Assembly (NCBI GenBank): GCA_951406725.2
Contig: OX597820.1
Location: forward strand, 16,058,001-16,122,000
Origin: Octopus vulgaris
Taxonomy: Eukaryota
DNA: 64,000 bases
Direction: 5' to 3'
Shown here: piece by piece, positions 39,316 to 53,623 of the stretch
Layout: each line of letters begins with the position of its first letter
How positions within the stretch are numbered: position 1 is the stretch's first letter
Notes under the pieces: model-generated
What the model saw: the letters and a program-made list of their open reading frames with translations, nothing else
The model's database searches: none
Told to the model about the DNA's origin: nothing
Program-made: the position numbers and the translations under genes

Positions 39316-39878
39316 CATACATACATACACACACACATATCTATGGTCTTGCCTTTCGGTTTAAAAAAAAAAAATATATATATATATATATACAAATATA
39401 TATACACAGACATACATACACACATACAGACACGCGCACGCGCGCACACAGAATGAGAAAAAGAGAAAACAGACGGAAATAAAGCAAAACGGAAGCATTT
39501 TGACAAAAAAAAAGTCGTCCTGAAAAACTGGAAGTGAAAATAATGAAGTCAGAGTGGGAAGTGTGTGATGACGATGGAAGAGGGTAAGAAGGAGTGGTGG
39601 TCTGTGGGGAAAGAGAGGAAGTGAGGAAGACAGAGAGAGGCGGAGAAACGGGTGGGAGAAAGAGTCATAGTGTTTGTGTGTGAAAAAGAGATAGAGTGAG
39701 AGAGCAAGGTTACGTTGTCTGTGTTTGTGTGTCGATGTGTGTGGTATCCATGTGTCTGCGTGTCTATGTCTGTGTCTGTGTGTGTATGTGTGTCTAGTGT
39801 TTGTGTTTACGTCTGTGTGTTTCGTGTTTGAGTCTGTCTGTGTGTGTGTGTGTGTGTATGTGTACGTAAGTTTATGGT

Positions 39879-39914
<36 letters not shown>

Positions 39915-40185
39915 AATAGACAAATAGGGAGGAGGAGATTATTGTGTGAGAGTAAGAGAGAAAAAGAGAGAGCGAGTAAGAGAGAAGAGAGAGAAATATT
40001 CAGGAAGGGAGTGGCAAAATGTGAAAGGTGATGAAATTAAGTGAAAGAGAGAGATAGAGAAAGAGTGAGAGAGAGTGAGAAAATGAGATGAGTGTGTTTA
40101 TCTGAAACACAGAATCTAAGAGATTGTGTGGTTGTGTTTGTGCTCATGGACATCAGAGAGTGTAAGTATGTTTAGGTATATCAGA

Positions 40186-40221
<36 letters not shown>

Positions 40222-40275
40222 CCATGGACAACGGAGAGTCATGTGTGTTTATGGACATCAGAGAGAGAGAGAGAG

Positions 40276-40343
<68 letters not shown>

Positions 40344-40616
40344 TGAAAAAGTGAGTGAGAGAAAAAGCTCGATATAGAGTGTGAGGGAAGCTTGGTGGTC
40401 ATGTGTGTATGAGATCGTGTTTTGGAAAAAAGCGGATGAGAGAGAGAGACTGGAGTTGTGGAAGATAGAAAGATGGCATTCAAAATGAAGAAATTAACGC
40501 AAGAGGGAAGAAGTATGGAAGCGAGACACTTTGACAGTCGTTTGATATAGAAAGTCTGTGTACTTTGTATATAAGGGATGTATAGTGATAGACAGACAGA
40601 GAGATAGAAAGATGTG

Positions 40617-40661
<45 letters not shown>

Positions 40662-40747
40662 TGACCGACAAAGATGGATTGACTGATAGACAGACAGAGG
40701 GACAGACATACAGTCAGAAAGGTAGGTAGGTAGATAGATAGATAGAC

Positions 40748-40830
<83 letters not shown>

Positions 40831-40852
40831 TAGACGGATGGATGGATGGATG

Positions 40853-40958
<106 letters not shown>

Positions 40959-41085
40959 CAGACTGACCGACAAAGATGGATTGACTGATAGATAGACAGA
41001 GGGACAGACATACAGTCAAACAGGTAGGTGGGTAGGTAGGTAGGTAGGTAGGTAGGTAGGTAGGTAGGTAGATAGATAGATAGGT

Positions 41086-41136
<51 letters not shown>

Positions 41137-41414
41137 GTATGTGATTATGTGTTTTTGTTTAACCCTAGGCTAACCGTAGTCGAGCAGACCAATGGTATGA
41201 ACAAAAGCATCCTGGACAGGGCTACGCTACCTTTCCCTTAAGGATATCTAGACTACATTATTTGATATAACTTTACTTTACTCAAGACGATAGGATGTGA
41301 TTTGTGAGAAGTCATCGTTGGTATTTTTAGCAACTTCAGTGACCGCATGGAAGCTGTTCTCCAATTTGCTTGAGGTAAGAAAGTTCGTAAAAAAGAAAAG
41401 GAAGTTGAGAAGGT

Positions 41415-41582
41415 GCAGGCACGGGTGTATGGTAAGAAATTAGTTTCATAACCATTTGGATGTGGGTTCAGTCCCACTCTGTGGTACCTCGAGCAAGTGT
41501 CATCTACTATAGCCCCAGGCCAAACAAAGCTTTGTGAATGGAGTTGGTTGACGGAAAGTGAAAGAAGCCCGTTCTGTGTACG

Positions 41583-41616
<34 letters not shown>

Positions 41617-41626
41617 TGTATGTATG

Positions 41627-41657
<31 letters not shown>

Positions 41658-41852
41658 CTGCTGTCTTTGTGTTTGTCTCGCCACCGCTTGGCAACCGATG
41701 TTGGCTCGTTTACGTTCCTGTTACTTAGTGGTTCACCGAGTGAGACAGATAGAATAAGTTTCAGACAGAAAAATAAGTCGGTTTGTTCGATTATTACGTT
41801 CAAGGTGGTGCCCCAGCATGGCCACAGCCGAATGACTAAAACAAGTAAAGAA
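41415..41852 (+). mobile_element. Diverged SINE family A
   Basis: Family match. Confidence 0.8.
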
Positions 41853-42449
41853 ATATGCGCGCGCGCGCGTGTGATCGCGTGTATGAAAGCATGGGAAAAG
41901 GAGAAGCTGCATGAGGAAGACAGAGTAAAAAAGTATAAGAAGAGAACGAGAGACACATACATACATAGAGAGGGAGTGAGTGCACGGGTGAAAGTGAGAG
42001 TGAGGAAATTAACGTGAGAGAGTGGAGAAGGAGAGGAAAGGAGGAAAGTAGAGAGTCGTGTGCAACGAACGAGCAAACAAACAAAAAGGAGGATGTGAAC
42101 AGCAACCCTCTTCCTGACCCAAACCTCCGATTTGACCGGAAGTGAGAACATCTGTCGTCTGGTATACAGTAAACTATCGTCTGCTTCCATTTGCTAATAA
42201 CTTTTAGGTTGGCTTTGAAAACTACGGGAAGGAATTCATTCGAAAGAGACATATAAACAGGAAGTATCTTCATGTATGCATATATATAGAGATATAAGTG
42301 TGCATATATGTGTGTGTGAGTGTGTGTGTGTGTATATAAATATGTGTGTGTGTGTGTACATTTATGTACATATATATACATAAATGTATATACATACACA
42401 CACATAGACAGACGTGTGTGTGAACATATGTTTCTGTCATTGCGTGTGA

Positions 42450-42832
42450 CGCAGGAGTAGCTGTGTGGTAAGAAGCTTGCTTCCCAACCACATGGTTCTG
42501 AGTTCAGTCCCACTGCGTGGCACCTTGGGTAAGTGTCTTTTACTACAGCCTCGAGCCGATCAAAGCCTTGTGAGTGCATTTGGTAAACGGAAACTGAAAG
42601 AAGCCCAGCGTATGTGTGTGTGTGTATATATGTTTGTGTGTCTGTGTTTGTCCCCCACCATCGCTTGACAACCGATGTTGCTGTGTTTACGTCACCGTAA
42701 CTTAGCGGTTCGGCAAAAGAAACCGATAAAGTACTGGGCTTACAAAGAATAAGTCCTGGGGTCGATTTGTTCGACTAAAAGGCAGTGCTCCAGCATGGCC
42801 GCAGTCAAATGACTGAAACAAGTAAGAGGATA
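42450..42832 (+). mobile_element. SINE family A (left member of inverted pair)
   Basis: Family match with private variants. Confidence 0.9.
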
Positions 42833-43119
42833 AACGTACAAATGAATGTGTACCCATATGTGTCTATATGGGTGTGTCTGTGTCTGTATATTGTGAGGTT
42901 GTTAACGATAAAGGAATTGGTGAGTGTGACGTGTACATGTTTACTGTAGCAGATTTCCCTTTGTATACTCATAGATGCATACACAATTACATACACATAC
43001 ATAGATACATACATATATACATGCATACATACATGATTGATTGATTGATTCCAGTTTCAGCTTATGAGCTGTGGCCATGCTGGGGCACATATTCTTTTAA
43101 TCCTTTTTTTTTTTTTTCG

Positions 43120-43495
43120 TTTACTTGTTTCAGGCATTTGGCTGCGGCCATGCTAGAGCACCGCCTTTAGTCGAACGAATCCACCCCAGGACTTATTCTT
43201 TGTAAGCCTAGCACTTATTCTATCGGTCTCTTTTGCCGAACTGCTAAGTTACGGTGACGTAAACACAGCAACATCGGTTGTCAAGCGATGGTAGGGGACA
43301 AACACAGACACACAAACATATACACACACACACACACACATGCTGGGCTTCTTTCAGTTTCCGTTTACCAAATGCACTCACAAGGCTTTGATCGGCTCGA
43401 GGCTGTAGTTGAAGTCACTTACCCAAGGTGCCACGCAGTGGGACTGAACCCAGAACCATGTGGTTGGGAAGCAAGCTTCTTACCACACAGCCACA
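43120..43495 (-). mobile_element. SINE family A (right member of inverted pair)
   Basis: Family match sharing the private variants of the 42450 copy. Confidence 0.9.
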
Positions 43496-43658
43496 CACAT
43501 ATATACAATGGGTCTCTTTCAGTTGTCGTCTTCCAAATCCACCCACGAGGTTATGGTCAGTCCGAGGCTATAGTAGAAGACATTTGCCCAAGATGTCACG
43601 CAGTGAGTCTAAACCTGTCACACACCTACACTCACGTATACATACATACATACATACA

Positions 43659-43692
<34 letters not shown>

Positions 43693-43769
43693 GATGCATA
43701 CATACATACATACATGCATACATGTATTTATATCTGTGTATGTATGTATGTATGTATGTATGTATGTAT

Positions 43770-44300
43770 GTCGATTTGGTACGACTGACTGGGCATTGGG
43801 ACTGTTTTGTTGATTGTACTTTTTGGCACTAGAAGTACGCACACATACAAACGTGAGTGTAGGCATGCATCCACGCGCTCGCAGAAATATGCACATGCAG
43901 AGTGAACGAGTGAATGAGAGAGAGGGGGAGAGAGACAGACAGAGATGGGGAGGGAAAGTGTGAGAGAAATTACAATTAATTTATTGAACACTATTGACAG
44001 AAATACTCTCTCTTCATACATATAAAGAGAAATATGTTCACACACATAAACAGAGGGAGAGAGGGGGGAGAGAGAGAAGAAAAACGAGAGCGTGACAAGA
44101 GAAATGAGAGAGAGACGAGAAGCGAGAAAGAGTGAGAGAGGGAGAGAAGAGAAGCGAGAGAGAAAGAGAGAGAGAGACAAGAGAGAGAAATAAGTATTAA
44201 AACGAGAGAAACATTAAAATATCTGATGTCAAGTAAGTCAGCGTCGAATCAGCGGCGCCAAATAAGCGGCGCCGAGACAGCAGTGTCAAAATGTCTCATA
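43770..44300. mobile_element. Second copy of the old MITE-like element seen at 2905-3300
   Basis: Both ends homologous to the 2905-3300 element. Confidence 0.6.
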
Positions 44301-44950
44301 TGCGACGTAGATATATTTTGCTGTGTTCTTGGTTTTATTATTTTGACTGTGGTGTGGGGACGCTAGTGATCATATCTTATGATCGCTATTGTCTCTTGCG
44401 TTCTTCCCCCTTTTGCTCCTCGTGACTTGCTATTTACGTATGAAGTTTCGCTTCTCCCTGTCTGTCTGTCTGTCTGTCTCTGCCTCTCTCTGTCACTCTT
44501 TCTTGTCACATGAACTGTATTTGAGAGAAGTGTATACATGCGTGTGTGTGAGCGGGTGAGTACATAAATTTGTGTGTATCTGTATGTGTATGTATGTCTG
44601 CGTATCTCTATGTGGGTGTCTGCCATTTTATGGTGTTAAAACATAGAAATAGCGTATTCTCATTTGCGCTTTATAAATCTATGTCCGTATTCATTGAAAC
44701 ACTCCCTTGTCTTCGAAATTCCACTCGAACCTTTTTCATCTTGTGTTGCTGGGCTTCAGGTCGATTAAAAATACCACCAATCAAATATTAGGGGTCGATA
44801 TAATTAACTAGTGTTTCAATATTAGAAACAATTCTTCTTCTTCTTCTTCTTCTTCTTCTTCTTCTTCTTCTTCTTCTTCAGCACTGGAATCAGTGTAATC
44901 GACTAGTCCCCTCCCCCAAATTTTCAGGTTTTGTGCTTATTATAGAAGGA

Positions 44951-45113
<163 letters not shown>

Positions 45114-45459
45114 TTGAGTGAGAAAGAGCAGTGGGTGCGATCAAAGTGACACTGGTGTAAAATATACGAAGCCCAATATACCCACCATGACACCCCGTCT
45201 GATAAGGGTACACCAGACACATGCATCACAACCATATGTGCGCGACATGGTGATCTCATATCAAGATAAACAGCGCATGACCTTGCAGGTGAGGCCCAGT
45301 TAGAATTTTCTTCTGAGCGAGTAGACCACCCCGCTCAAAAGGTCCCTGAATAAGGATTGTTTAAGGATGTTGAACGAACCAAGTGACTTATACTATAGCC
45401 TCGGGCCGACCTAAGCTTTGTGAGTGGATGTGGTAGACGGAAACTGAAAGAAACCCGTC

Positions 45460-45500
<41 letters not shown>

Positions 45501-45503
<3 letters not shown>

Positions 45504-46091
45504 TTAAATATAAGAGAGTTACCGCTAAGTGGTTAACTCTAGTGCTAAAAATAGCTCCTTTTTCTGGTATAGCTACCAAAAGTTGTTTCCAATAAGAAAT
45601 AACATTACATTCAAAGTAAGGAAAGTGAAGTACAACGAAAAAATAGATTAACCCCGAACAATTGTTTCATTATTAATATAATATGCAATTTTACTCACAT
45701 ATTTATCTATAAATCATCAGCGGAGGTTTGTCTTCGATACAATTTATTAGACCCTCACGAGCGTCAAATACCCATGCGGTTTAATCGATTGCATTCATAG
45801 TTGTGATTCAGATTCCCCGCCAAAAGCATGGTAAGACTTAGTGGAAACGAATACTGCATATAATATTTACTGCAGCATCATTAAATTTATAAATTTATGA
45901 ATGAGGGTGAAAAATTAGATATTAATTTAATAATACCATCAGTTTAACACCAAGTGGTTTAGCACATAAAAAAAACAGGGAGACAATACAAATTTATACT
46001 TAAATATAAGAGTGGTTAACTCTAGTTAAAAGTGGTTAACTCTAGTGCTAAAAATAGCTCCTTTTTCTGGTATAGCCACCAAAAGTTGTTT
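45501..46091 (-). mobile_element. Retrozyme/PLE-like non-coding element: ~496-bp unit + ~90-bp direct repeat, with HHR
   Basis: Direct repeat tacttaaatataagag..aaaagttgttt at 45501 and 45997; HHR on minus at 45650-45725. Confidence 0.75.
45650..45725 (-). ncRNA. Type I hammerhead ribozyme motif
   Basis: ctccg-CTGATGA-tttat..ataat-GAAACAATTGT-T-cgggg; palindromic stem III ACAATTGT, stem I ctccg/cgggg. Confidence 0.75.
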
Positions 46092-46102
46092 ATGATGCTG
46101 AT

Positions 46103-46814
46103 GGACATATTGTCCATTAACAATGGACAATATGTGAAAAAAGTAATGGTTAATGGACAATATGTCCAATTTTTCGGCATATTTGGCATTAGAAATTTTT
46201 TCGTTTGCCCTTATTTATGAATTGTTTATAAATTTAACCTTTAAAGGTATTTTTTAATATGCTGGCCATTGATAAGATTTTTTTTGGAAAATAATTTTTT
46301 TCGAAAAAAAATTTTATCCTACATTAAGATATAAATTTAAGCGTTCACTTCCGGACTCTTTCACTCTGTGAGAGCATCAGTTCAAATCGCACGTGTCTCG
46401 AATGGGCTGGAGTATTTCTATTTTGGATGTATTTGGGGTACTTAATTGTGCTCATGACTTAGCGTTTGCTTCTTCCATGGGTATGAGTAAGTATCTCATT
46501 TATTTCTTTTGCCACATGTATCACTGACGAAGGGAGGGCTGTTATAAGCTAACCCTGAAATCGGTCCGATATAGTAATAATGGAATTTTTTAGAAATTTC
46601 TGTCGACCTTTTTTCGAGTAGCGTGCGGATTGTGAAAAAATTATATGGTTAATGGACAATATGTCCAATTTTTCGGCATATTTGGCATTAGAAATTTTTT
46701 CGTTTGCCCTTATTTATGAATTGTTTATAAATTTAACCTTTAAAGATAATTTTTAATATGCTGGCCATTGATAAGATTTTTTTGGAAAAGAATTTTTTTC
46801 GAAAAAAATTTTAT
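46103..46814 (+). mobile_element. Retrozyme/PLE-like non-coding element: ~498-bp unit + ~180-bp direct repeat, short 5' inversion, with HHR
   Basis: 46134-46317 is near-identical to 46632-46814; acatattgtccatt / aatggacaatatgt inverted at the 5' end. Confidence 0.78.
46520..46575 (+). ncRNA. Type I hammerhead ribozyme motif
   Basis: CTGACGA-aggg..ccct-GAAA-TCGG-t-CCGAT-A; stems II and III pair, stem I is weak. Confidence 0.65.
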
Positions 46815-46844
46815 GTATATGTATGTATGTATGTATGTGTGTGT

Positions 46845-47058
46845 ATATGTTTGTATATGTTTTGTCCCTCCAACATCGTTTGACAACCGATGGTGGTGTG
46901 TTTACGTCCCCGTAACTTAGCGGTTCGGCAAAAGAGAACCGATAGAATAAGTACTAGGCTTACAAAGAATAAGTTTTGGGGTCGATTTGCTCGACTAAAG
47001 GCGGTGCTCCAGCATGGCCACAGTCAAATGACTGAAACAAGTAAAAGAGATAAAAGAG
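46845..47058 (+). mobile_element. 3' half of a SINE A whose 5' part is at 45390-45461
   Basis: Halves are separated by the two HHR elements inserted in the internal (TA)n. Confidence 0.8.
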
Positions 47059-47059
47059 A

Positions 47060-47546
<487 letters not shown>

Positions 47547-48214
47547 GCTATCATCATCATCTTATTGCGGAAAAGGTAGACTACCGAACGGGCTTCGTGT
47601 TTATTCTGAAAAGATGCGGATTAGCAATACAGAAGCATTTTGAATCATTGTAATTTTATTCCGAGATTGAAGTACAAAGAAAATGACAGAATTCAAGATT
47701 TGTGTTTTCATCACCTTACAAAATGGCGCACACACACAAAGACGCGCGCACACACACACGTAACTGAATTTGCTTATAGTGACTGTTTTGTTACCTAGTT
47801 ATCTTCTACAACCAATAGTACAGCTTATACAGAAGTCGAGAAAACAATGAGCAGCTGGAAAATACCAATGACACGATTTTTATCCAAATAACAATAACCG
47901 GAAAGTGTTTGCGTGTGATGTTTTGTTTTTAGCCCCAAAACACTGTGGTGGTGATGATGGTTGTGGTGGAAACTGTAAAATATAACTGTAGTGCGAATTG
48001 GTTTCTGATTCAGGTACAGAGTGAATAATTTTGTGAAGGGAGCCTGAGCTAATACCATCGATTCTTGTGCATAGAGAGTACTTTGTTTGATCGACCTCGT
48101 AAGTGGGGGCAAAAAGCAGAGCTAATTAATGGTGGAATTTCAACCCGGAATGTAAACTGTCGGAACAAATATCGGAGCACAGCATTTTACTTTCGCGGCG
48201 TGCAAACGTTTCTT

Positions 48215-48560
48215 ATTTCTTTATTGCACACGAGGGGCTAAACATAGAGGGGACAAACAAGGACAGACAAACGGATTAAGTCGATTATATCGACCCCAGT
48301 GCGTAACTGGTACTTATTTAATCGACTCCAAAAGGATGAAAGGCAAAATCGACCTCGGCGGAATTTGAACTCTGAACGTCAAGACAGACGAAATACCTAT
48401 TTCTTTACTACCCACAAGGGGCTAAACACAGAGGAGTCAAGCAAGGACAGACAAACGGATTAAGTCGATTATATCGTCCCCAGTGCGTAACTGGTACTTA
48501 TTAATCGACCCCGAAAGGATGAAAGGCAAAGTCGACCTCGGTGGAATTTGAACTCAGAAC
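48215..48560 (-). mobile_element. SINE family B dimer
   Basis: Two tandem bodies with junction gacgaaatacctatttctttact. Confidence 0.85.
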
Positions 48561-49822
48561 AATGCTCTTCTCAATATGTGTGACGTACTAGTTAAGGCAA
48601 TCTTTTGCACTTCTTACATGGATGGTAAGCCAGGAATCATTCTTAAATAATTTTCAGCTCCTTTTTTGATCATTCCAAGTGCTCTTACAATCATTGGTAT
48701 TGTAACCGTGTAGAGATGCCACACCTTTTGATTTCGATTAGCAAATCTTTATATTTTCTGAGCTTACCAAATTCTTTTTCTGAGATATTATGGGTCATAG
48801 AGTATGCTCATGTCAATCAATAAACAGACTTCACTGTTTTGGTCTTTCACAACAAAATCTGGTTTGTTTGCTTTAATGGTCTGGTCTGTACATACTGCGA
48901 AGTCCCAAAGAACAGTTACATTTTCTCCCTCAGTTACAGCCTCAGGGTGGTACTTGTACCATTTGTCAGCAGTTTTGATTTTATAATGCTGACACATTAA
49001 CCCGTGTAGATATTGGCCAACTCTGTCATGTCTTGATTTGTACTCTGCAGGTGCTAAGACCTTACATCCAGAGATTAAGTGGTCCACTGTTTCTATCCCA
49101 CTGTTGCAGTATCAGCACTCTGAGTCTACACCATTTTTCATCACATTGGACTGATACTTCCGGGTCAATAAGGACTGATCTTGAGCAGCCAAGATAAAGC
49201 CTTCACTCTTTGCCTTTAGCCCTGAGCTCTGTGGCCACTGATGGGTTTATATCACCTTGTTTGCTATGGACCACATATTTACCATGCAAAGGTTTTTGTT
49301 CCCACCTAACAGCCAATTGTTCAAACGCATTTTGCTTTGCTATTGATTTCACCTTCTTTGCAACTACGGTTGCCGCACTTCCATAGTTATGTTCACCCTT
49401 GGTATTATGCTTAAACTCATTTGAAACTTTTTTGCTCTCCTTCTTAGCAGAATAGTTTCTTACATCTTGCGAGGTTTTCAACGAGCTTTAGCATCCAGTC
49501 GTTAGATGTTTCAAGATATTTTGCCAGTCCAATTGTGGTGGTCTTGTAAGAGATTTCAAACTGGATCAAGCCTCGACCTCCTTGCGCCCTGGGTCTGCCT
49601 TTGGGTGGTGCATCTTATTGTAAGTCAGCAGCTTGCGGATCTTCCTGTCGATCTTCCTTATTTCGCTCATATTCCACTTCAACACATTGAAACTGTAAAT
49701 AACAACCGGAAGTTCTAAGGAGTTTATAGCTAACATATTGTTACGTGCATTTAACTCGGATTTCAGGATTACTCGAACTCTCCTATAACATTCCTTGCTG
49801 ATCTTCTCTTTCATGCTCATCT
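48560..49822 (-). pseudogene. Decayed R4/Dong-clade non-LTR retrotransposon (post-RT region, CCHC knuckle, restriction-like endonuclease)
   Basis: KECYRRVRVILKSELNARN..HHPKAD; C*YC..ETVDHLISGC; RHDRVG; VLWDF..KANKPDFVVKD..LIDMS; stops and frameshifts; next to (TTA)n. Confidence 0.85.
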
Positions 49823-49860
49823 ATTCCGAATTATTTGTTAGTTTGTTCCTGCACGAGTTC

Positions 49861-49923
<63 letters not shown>

Positions 49924-50139
49924 CATTATTTTTATTATTGTTGTTGTTGTTGTTGTTATTGTTGTTGTTGCTGTTGTTGCTATTGTTGTTCTATTTTATC
50001 GACCCCGAAAGGATGAAATCCAAAGTCGATATTGATGGAATTTGTTTGAATTCAGAATATAAAGTCGGAAGAAATGCGACTAACCATTTCGTTGGGTGTG
50101 TTGACGATAGTGCCAGATTACTGCCTTAGTAGTGTTGAA

Positions 50140-50192
<53 letters not shown>

Positions 50193-50196
50193 TAGC

Positions 50197-50284
<88 letters not shown>

Positions 50285-50788
50285 TAGCACTATTTCATTC
50301 TTTTTAGGAAGTATATAGAATGCTTTAATAAAATATTTGAAATAAAATAGGGCAGAACACCTAGCAGGCCATGCAATAAAATACAAAACAAGACAGTGTG
50401 GTGGAACCAACGAGGAAGACTCTCAACCGGCTAAAATAACAGCCAAATATCCCTGAAATTAGAGTCTCAATCATTTTTAAAAAGGGCACATTTGATAAAG
50501 TGATCCTGAGTTCTCAACACGCAGGGAAAAGTATATGGAATGGCCACGGCGGGAGTGATCTTGGTTATACGTCTTCTCGATCAAGGTTGACTAGGAGGTT
50601 GAACAACAATGACAGTAGCCACAACAATAACTACAACAACAACGACGACGACAACAACAGCAACAAATTGACGTTTCGGACATTCTACTTTCATCAGAAG
50701 AAAACTAGAAGTAGAGACTGAATGAGAGAAAATTATTGGAGGGAAGAACAGGAAAAACTGGGAGTAAGGAGCCAAGGTGGGAAAGCAG

Positions 50789-50836
<48 letters not shown>

Positions 50837-51074
50837 AAAGTGACGCAAAATATCTCTTTTGTAGAGAAGAGAGAAAAAAGTCTCAGAAAATGGATTAAAA
50901 AATTAGATTTCACACATACAGGTATACATACACCCAAACAAACGCGCGCATAAAACACACACGCATGCACACGCACATACACACACACATACACATACAT
51001 ATGCTCATATATCCAGGAGTTTCACCAGGTTTTAAAGTTCCGAGATTGGTGGCGGGAGGAGTAAGCACATATAT

Positions 51075-51482
51075 ATTTCTTTATTGTCCACAAGGGGCTA
51101 AACACAAAGGGGACAAACAAGGACAAACGGATCAAGTCGATTACATCGACCCCAGTGCGTAACTGGTACTTTATTTATCGACCCCGAAAGGATGAAAGAC
51201 AAAGTCAACCTCGGCAGAATTTGAACTCAGAACGCAGCGGCAGACGAAATACCTATTTCTTTACTGCCCACAAGGAGCTAAACATAGAAGGGACAAACAA
51301 GAACAAAGGGATTAAGTCGATTACATCGACCCCAGTGCGTAACTGGTACTTAATTTATCGACCCCGAAAGGATGAAAGGCAAAGTCGACCTCGGCGGAAT
51401 TTGAACTCAGAACGTAGCGGCAGATGAAATACTGCTAAGCTTTTCGCCCGGCGTGCTAACGTTTCTGCCAGCTCGCCGCCTT
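51075..51482 (-). mobile_element. SINE family B dimer with TSD
   Basis: taagcacatata on both sides. Confidence 0.88.
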
Positions 51483-51587
51483 ATAAGCACATATAATCGT
51501 CAGGGCAATAGCAACCAATTTCAGTTTCGTTTTAAATTTTCACTATTTTTTTTTTTTTTTTTTTCATTATTTTATTCGAAGTCTAAA

Positions 51588-51910
51588 CACAAGGATGATA
51601 CAGTCTTAACAGGAAGTACATAATAATTGTTATTGTGTATTTAAAATGAAAATACAAAGACAATACGCACCGAAAGGATGTAAATAGTTGTTATTGTGTG
51701 TTTGAAATGAAAATACAAGGAAGATACAATTTTGAAAGGAAGTGCATAATTGTTGCTTTGTGTTGAAAAACCAAAACATAGGGAAAATACAACTTTAAAG
51801 GAAGTGGATAATCATTGTTTTGTTGTTAAAATAAAACCACAGTAAAAATTAAAAAAATAATGTTTTGGAGTAAACTCATAAATTTATATTGTATTTAAAA
51901 TCAAAACATA
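51588..51910. repeat. Diverged ~61-63-bp minisatellite, 4-5 units
   Basis: Recurring atac..aggaagt..taattgttattgtgt.tt.aaatgaaaatacaa. Confidence 0.75.
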
Positions 51911-52169
51911 ATTGTAAAAAAATAACATGTAGGTTATTTAATTATCTTAATTATTTTGCATTTTAATTGAAAGTAGTATGAGAGCATAATGAAGGAATAT
52001 AAAAAAAAATGTATTCAGTAATTACAGAGTCAATCTTCTAGGTTTCACTCTTGCAAAATTTTCCATATATTGTATATTGTAAACTCCCAACTATCCGACA
52101 CCAGAAAGACCGGAGGGTTGCTGGATAACTGAATTTTCCGGATATCTGATCATCACATTTTTAAAATTA

Positions 52170-52993
52170 CCGTATTTGATGGCATAAAAGGTGCAGAGAC
52201 ATATTAGTCGCATCCTAATTTCAGCTACGCATATTCAGTAAAAAAAAAAAAAACGTTTTTAGTGTATTAAAGTAGAAAAGAATATAGACCCAATTTCAAG
52301 ACGTCGAGGTAGCAGAAACGTTAGCACGCCGGGTGAAATGCTTAGCAGTATTTCGTCTGCCGTTACGTTCTGAGTTCAAATTCCGCCGAGGACGACTTTG
52401 CCTTTCATCCTTTCGGGGTCGATAAATTAAGTACCAGTTACGCACTGGGGTCGATGTAATCGACTTAATCCGTTTGTCTGTCCTTGTTTGTCCTGTCCGT
52501 GTTTAGCCCCTGGTGGGTAGTAAAAAAATAGGTATTTCGTTTGTCTTGACGTTCTAAGTTCAAATTCCACAGAAGTCAATAAATTAAGTACCAGTTGCGT
52601 ACTGGAGTCGATCTAATCAATTGCCTCTCCTCCAAAATTTCGGGCCTTGTGCCTAGAGTAGAAAAGAATGTAGGCCCAATTTCAAGGCGGTAAGCTGGCA
52701 GAAACGCTAGGACGCCGGACGAAATGCTCAACAGTATTTCGTCTGTCTTGACGTTCTGAGTTCAAATTCCACCGAAGTCGACTTTGCCTTTCGGGGTCGA
52801 TAAATTAAGTACCAGTTGCGTACTGGGGTCAATAAAATCGACTAGCTCCCTCCCACCAAAATTTCGGGCCTTGCGCCTAGAGTAGAAAAGATTATAGGCC
52901 CAATTTCGCATGTAGGAGCCACGGTGATTTTGTTATTTTTTGGAGACATTTTTTTTGCCAGAAAATGTGTATTTCATATGCCATCAAATAGGG
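52170..52993. mobile_element. Tc1/mariner-superfamily MITE with TA TSD, containing SINE B copies
   Basis: TA-CCGTATTTGATGGCATA ... TATGCCATCAAATAGGG-TA (16/17 TIR match). Confidence 0.8.
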
Positions 52994-53268
52994 TATCACG
53001 ACCTTTTATCTTTTACCTGTTCCAGTCATTAGACTGCGGCCATGCTGGGGCACCAACTTGAAGGGGTTTTGTAGACGAAGGAATCGATTCCAGCGCTTAG
53101 TTTTTTTAAAAGTCTGGTACTTATTCTATCGGCCTTTTTGCCGAACCACTTGATTACGGGGACGTAAACACACCAGCACCAGTTGTCAAGCGGTGGTGGG
53201 TGACAAACAGAGACGCAAACACACACACACACACACATACACATCCGAACACCTTCCTAACTACTTCC

Positions 53269-53301
<33 letters not shown>

Positions 53302-53544
53302 ATATAAGTTAGATGCATAAAAACCATCTAAGGGATAGATGCATCCAGAGGTACTCCTGATAATTACCTCAGTATGTATGGTCCTTGTTATAAGGTATAC
53401 GGTAATGGATAATTTAAAAAGTAAACCGTAGTTTAATGTATATAAAGACAATAAGAAAATGGAGAAATAAATAACAATGAGAAGTGGTGTTATAAAGCCA
53501 TTATTTAATTAATTAATTAATTAAGATGAGAGTATATTAGAGTA

Positions 53545-53623
53545 AGTTTACAGCTGTTTCAGTTTATCATTTTGGAGTAAATTCGCATTTACCTCGTTGC
53601 AATTGATAGACATCATCAGAACG
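53545..53623 (-). ncRNA. Hammerhead ribozyme in the PLE 3' pseudo-LTR
   Basis: gtt-CTGATGA-tgtctatca..tgataaact-GAAACAGCTGT-A-aac; the inverted copy at 55975-56052 has CCGATGA. Confidence 0.8.

Noticed and set aside
39470-39660. Cluster of GGAA(G) ETS-like motifs
   Set aside because: Embedded in purine-rich low-complexity sequence where such motifs are expected by chance
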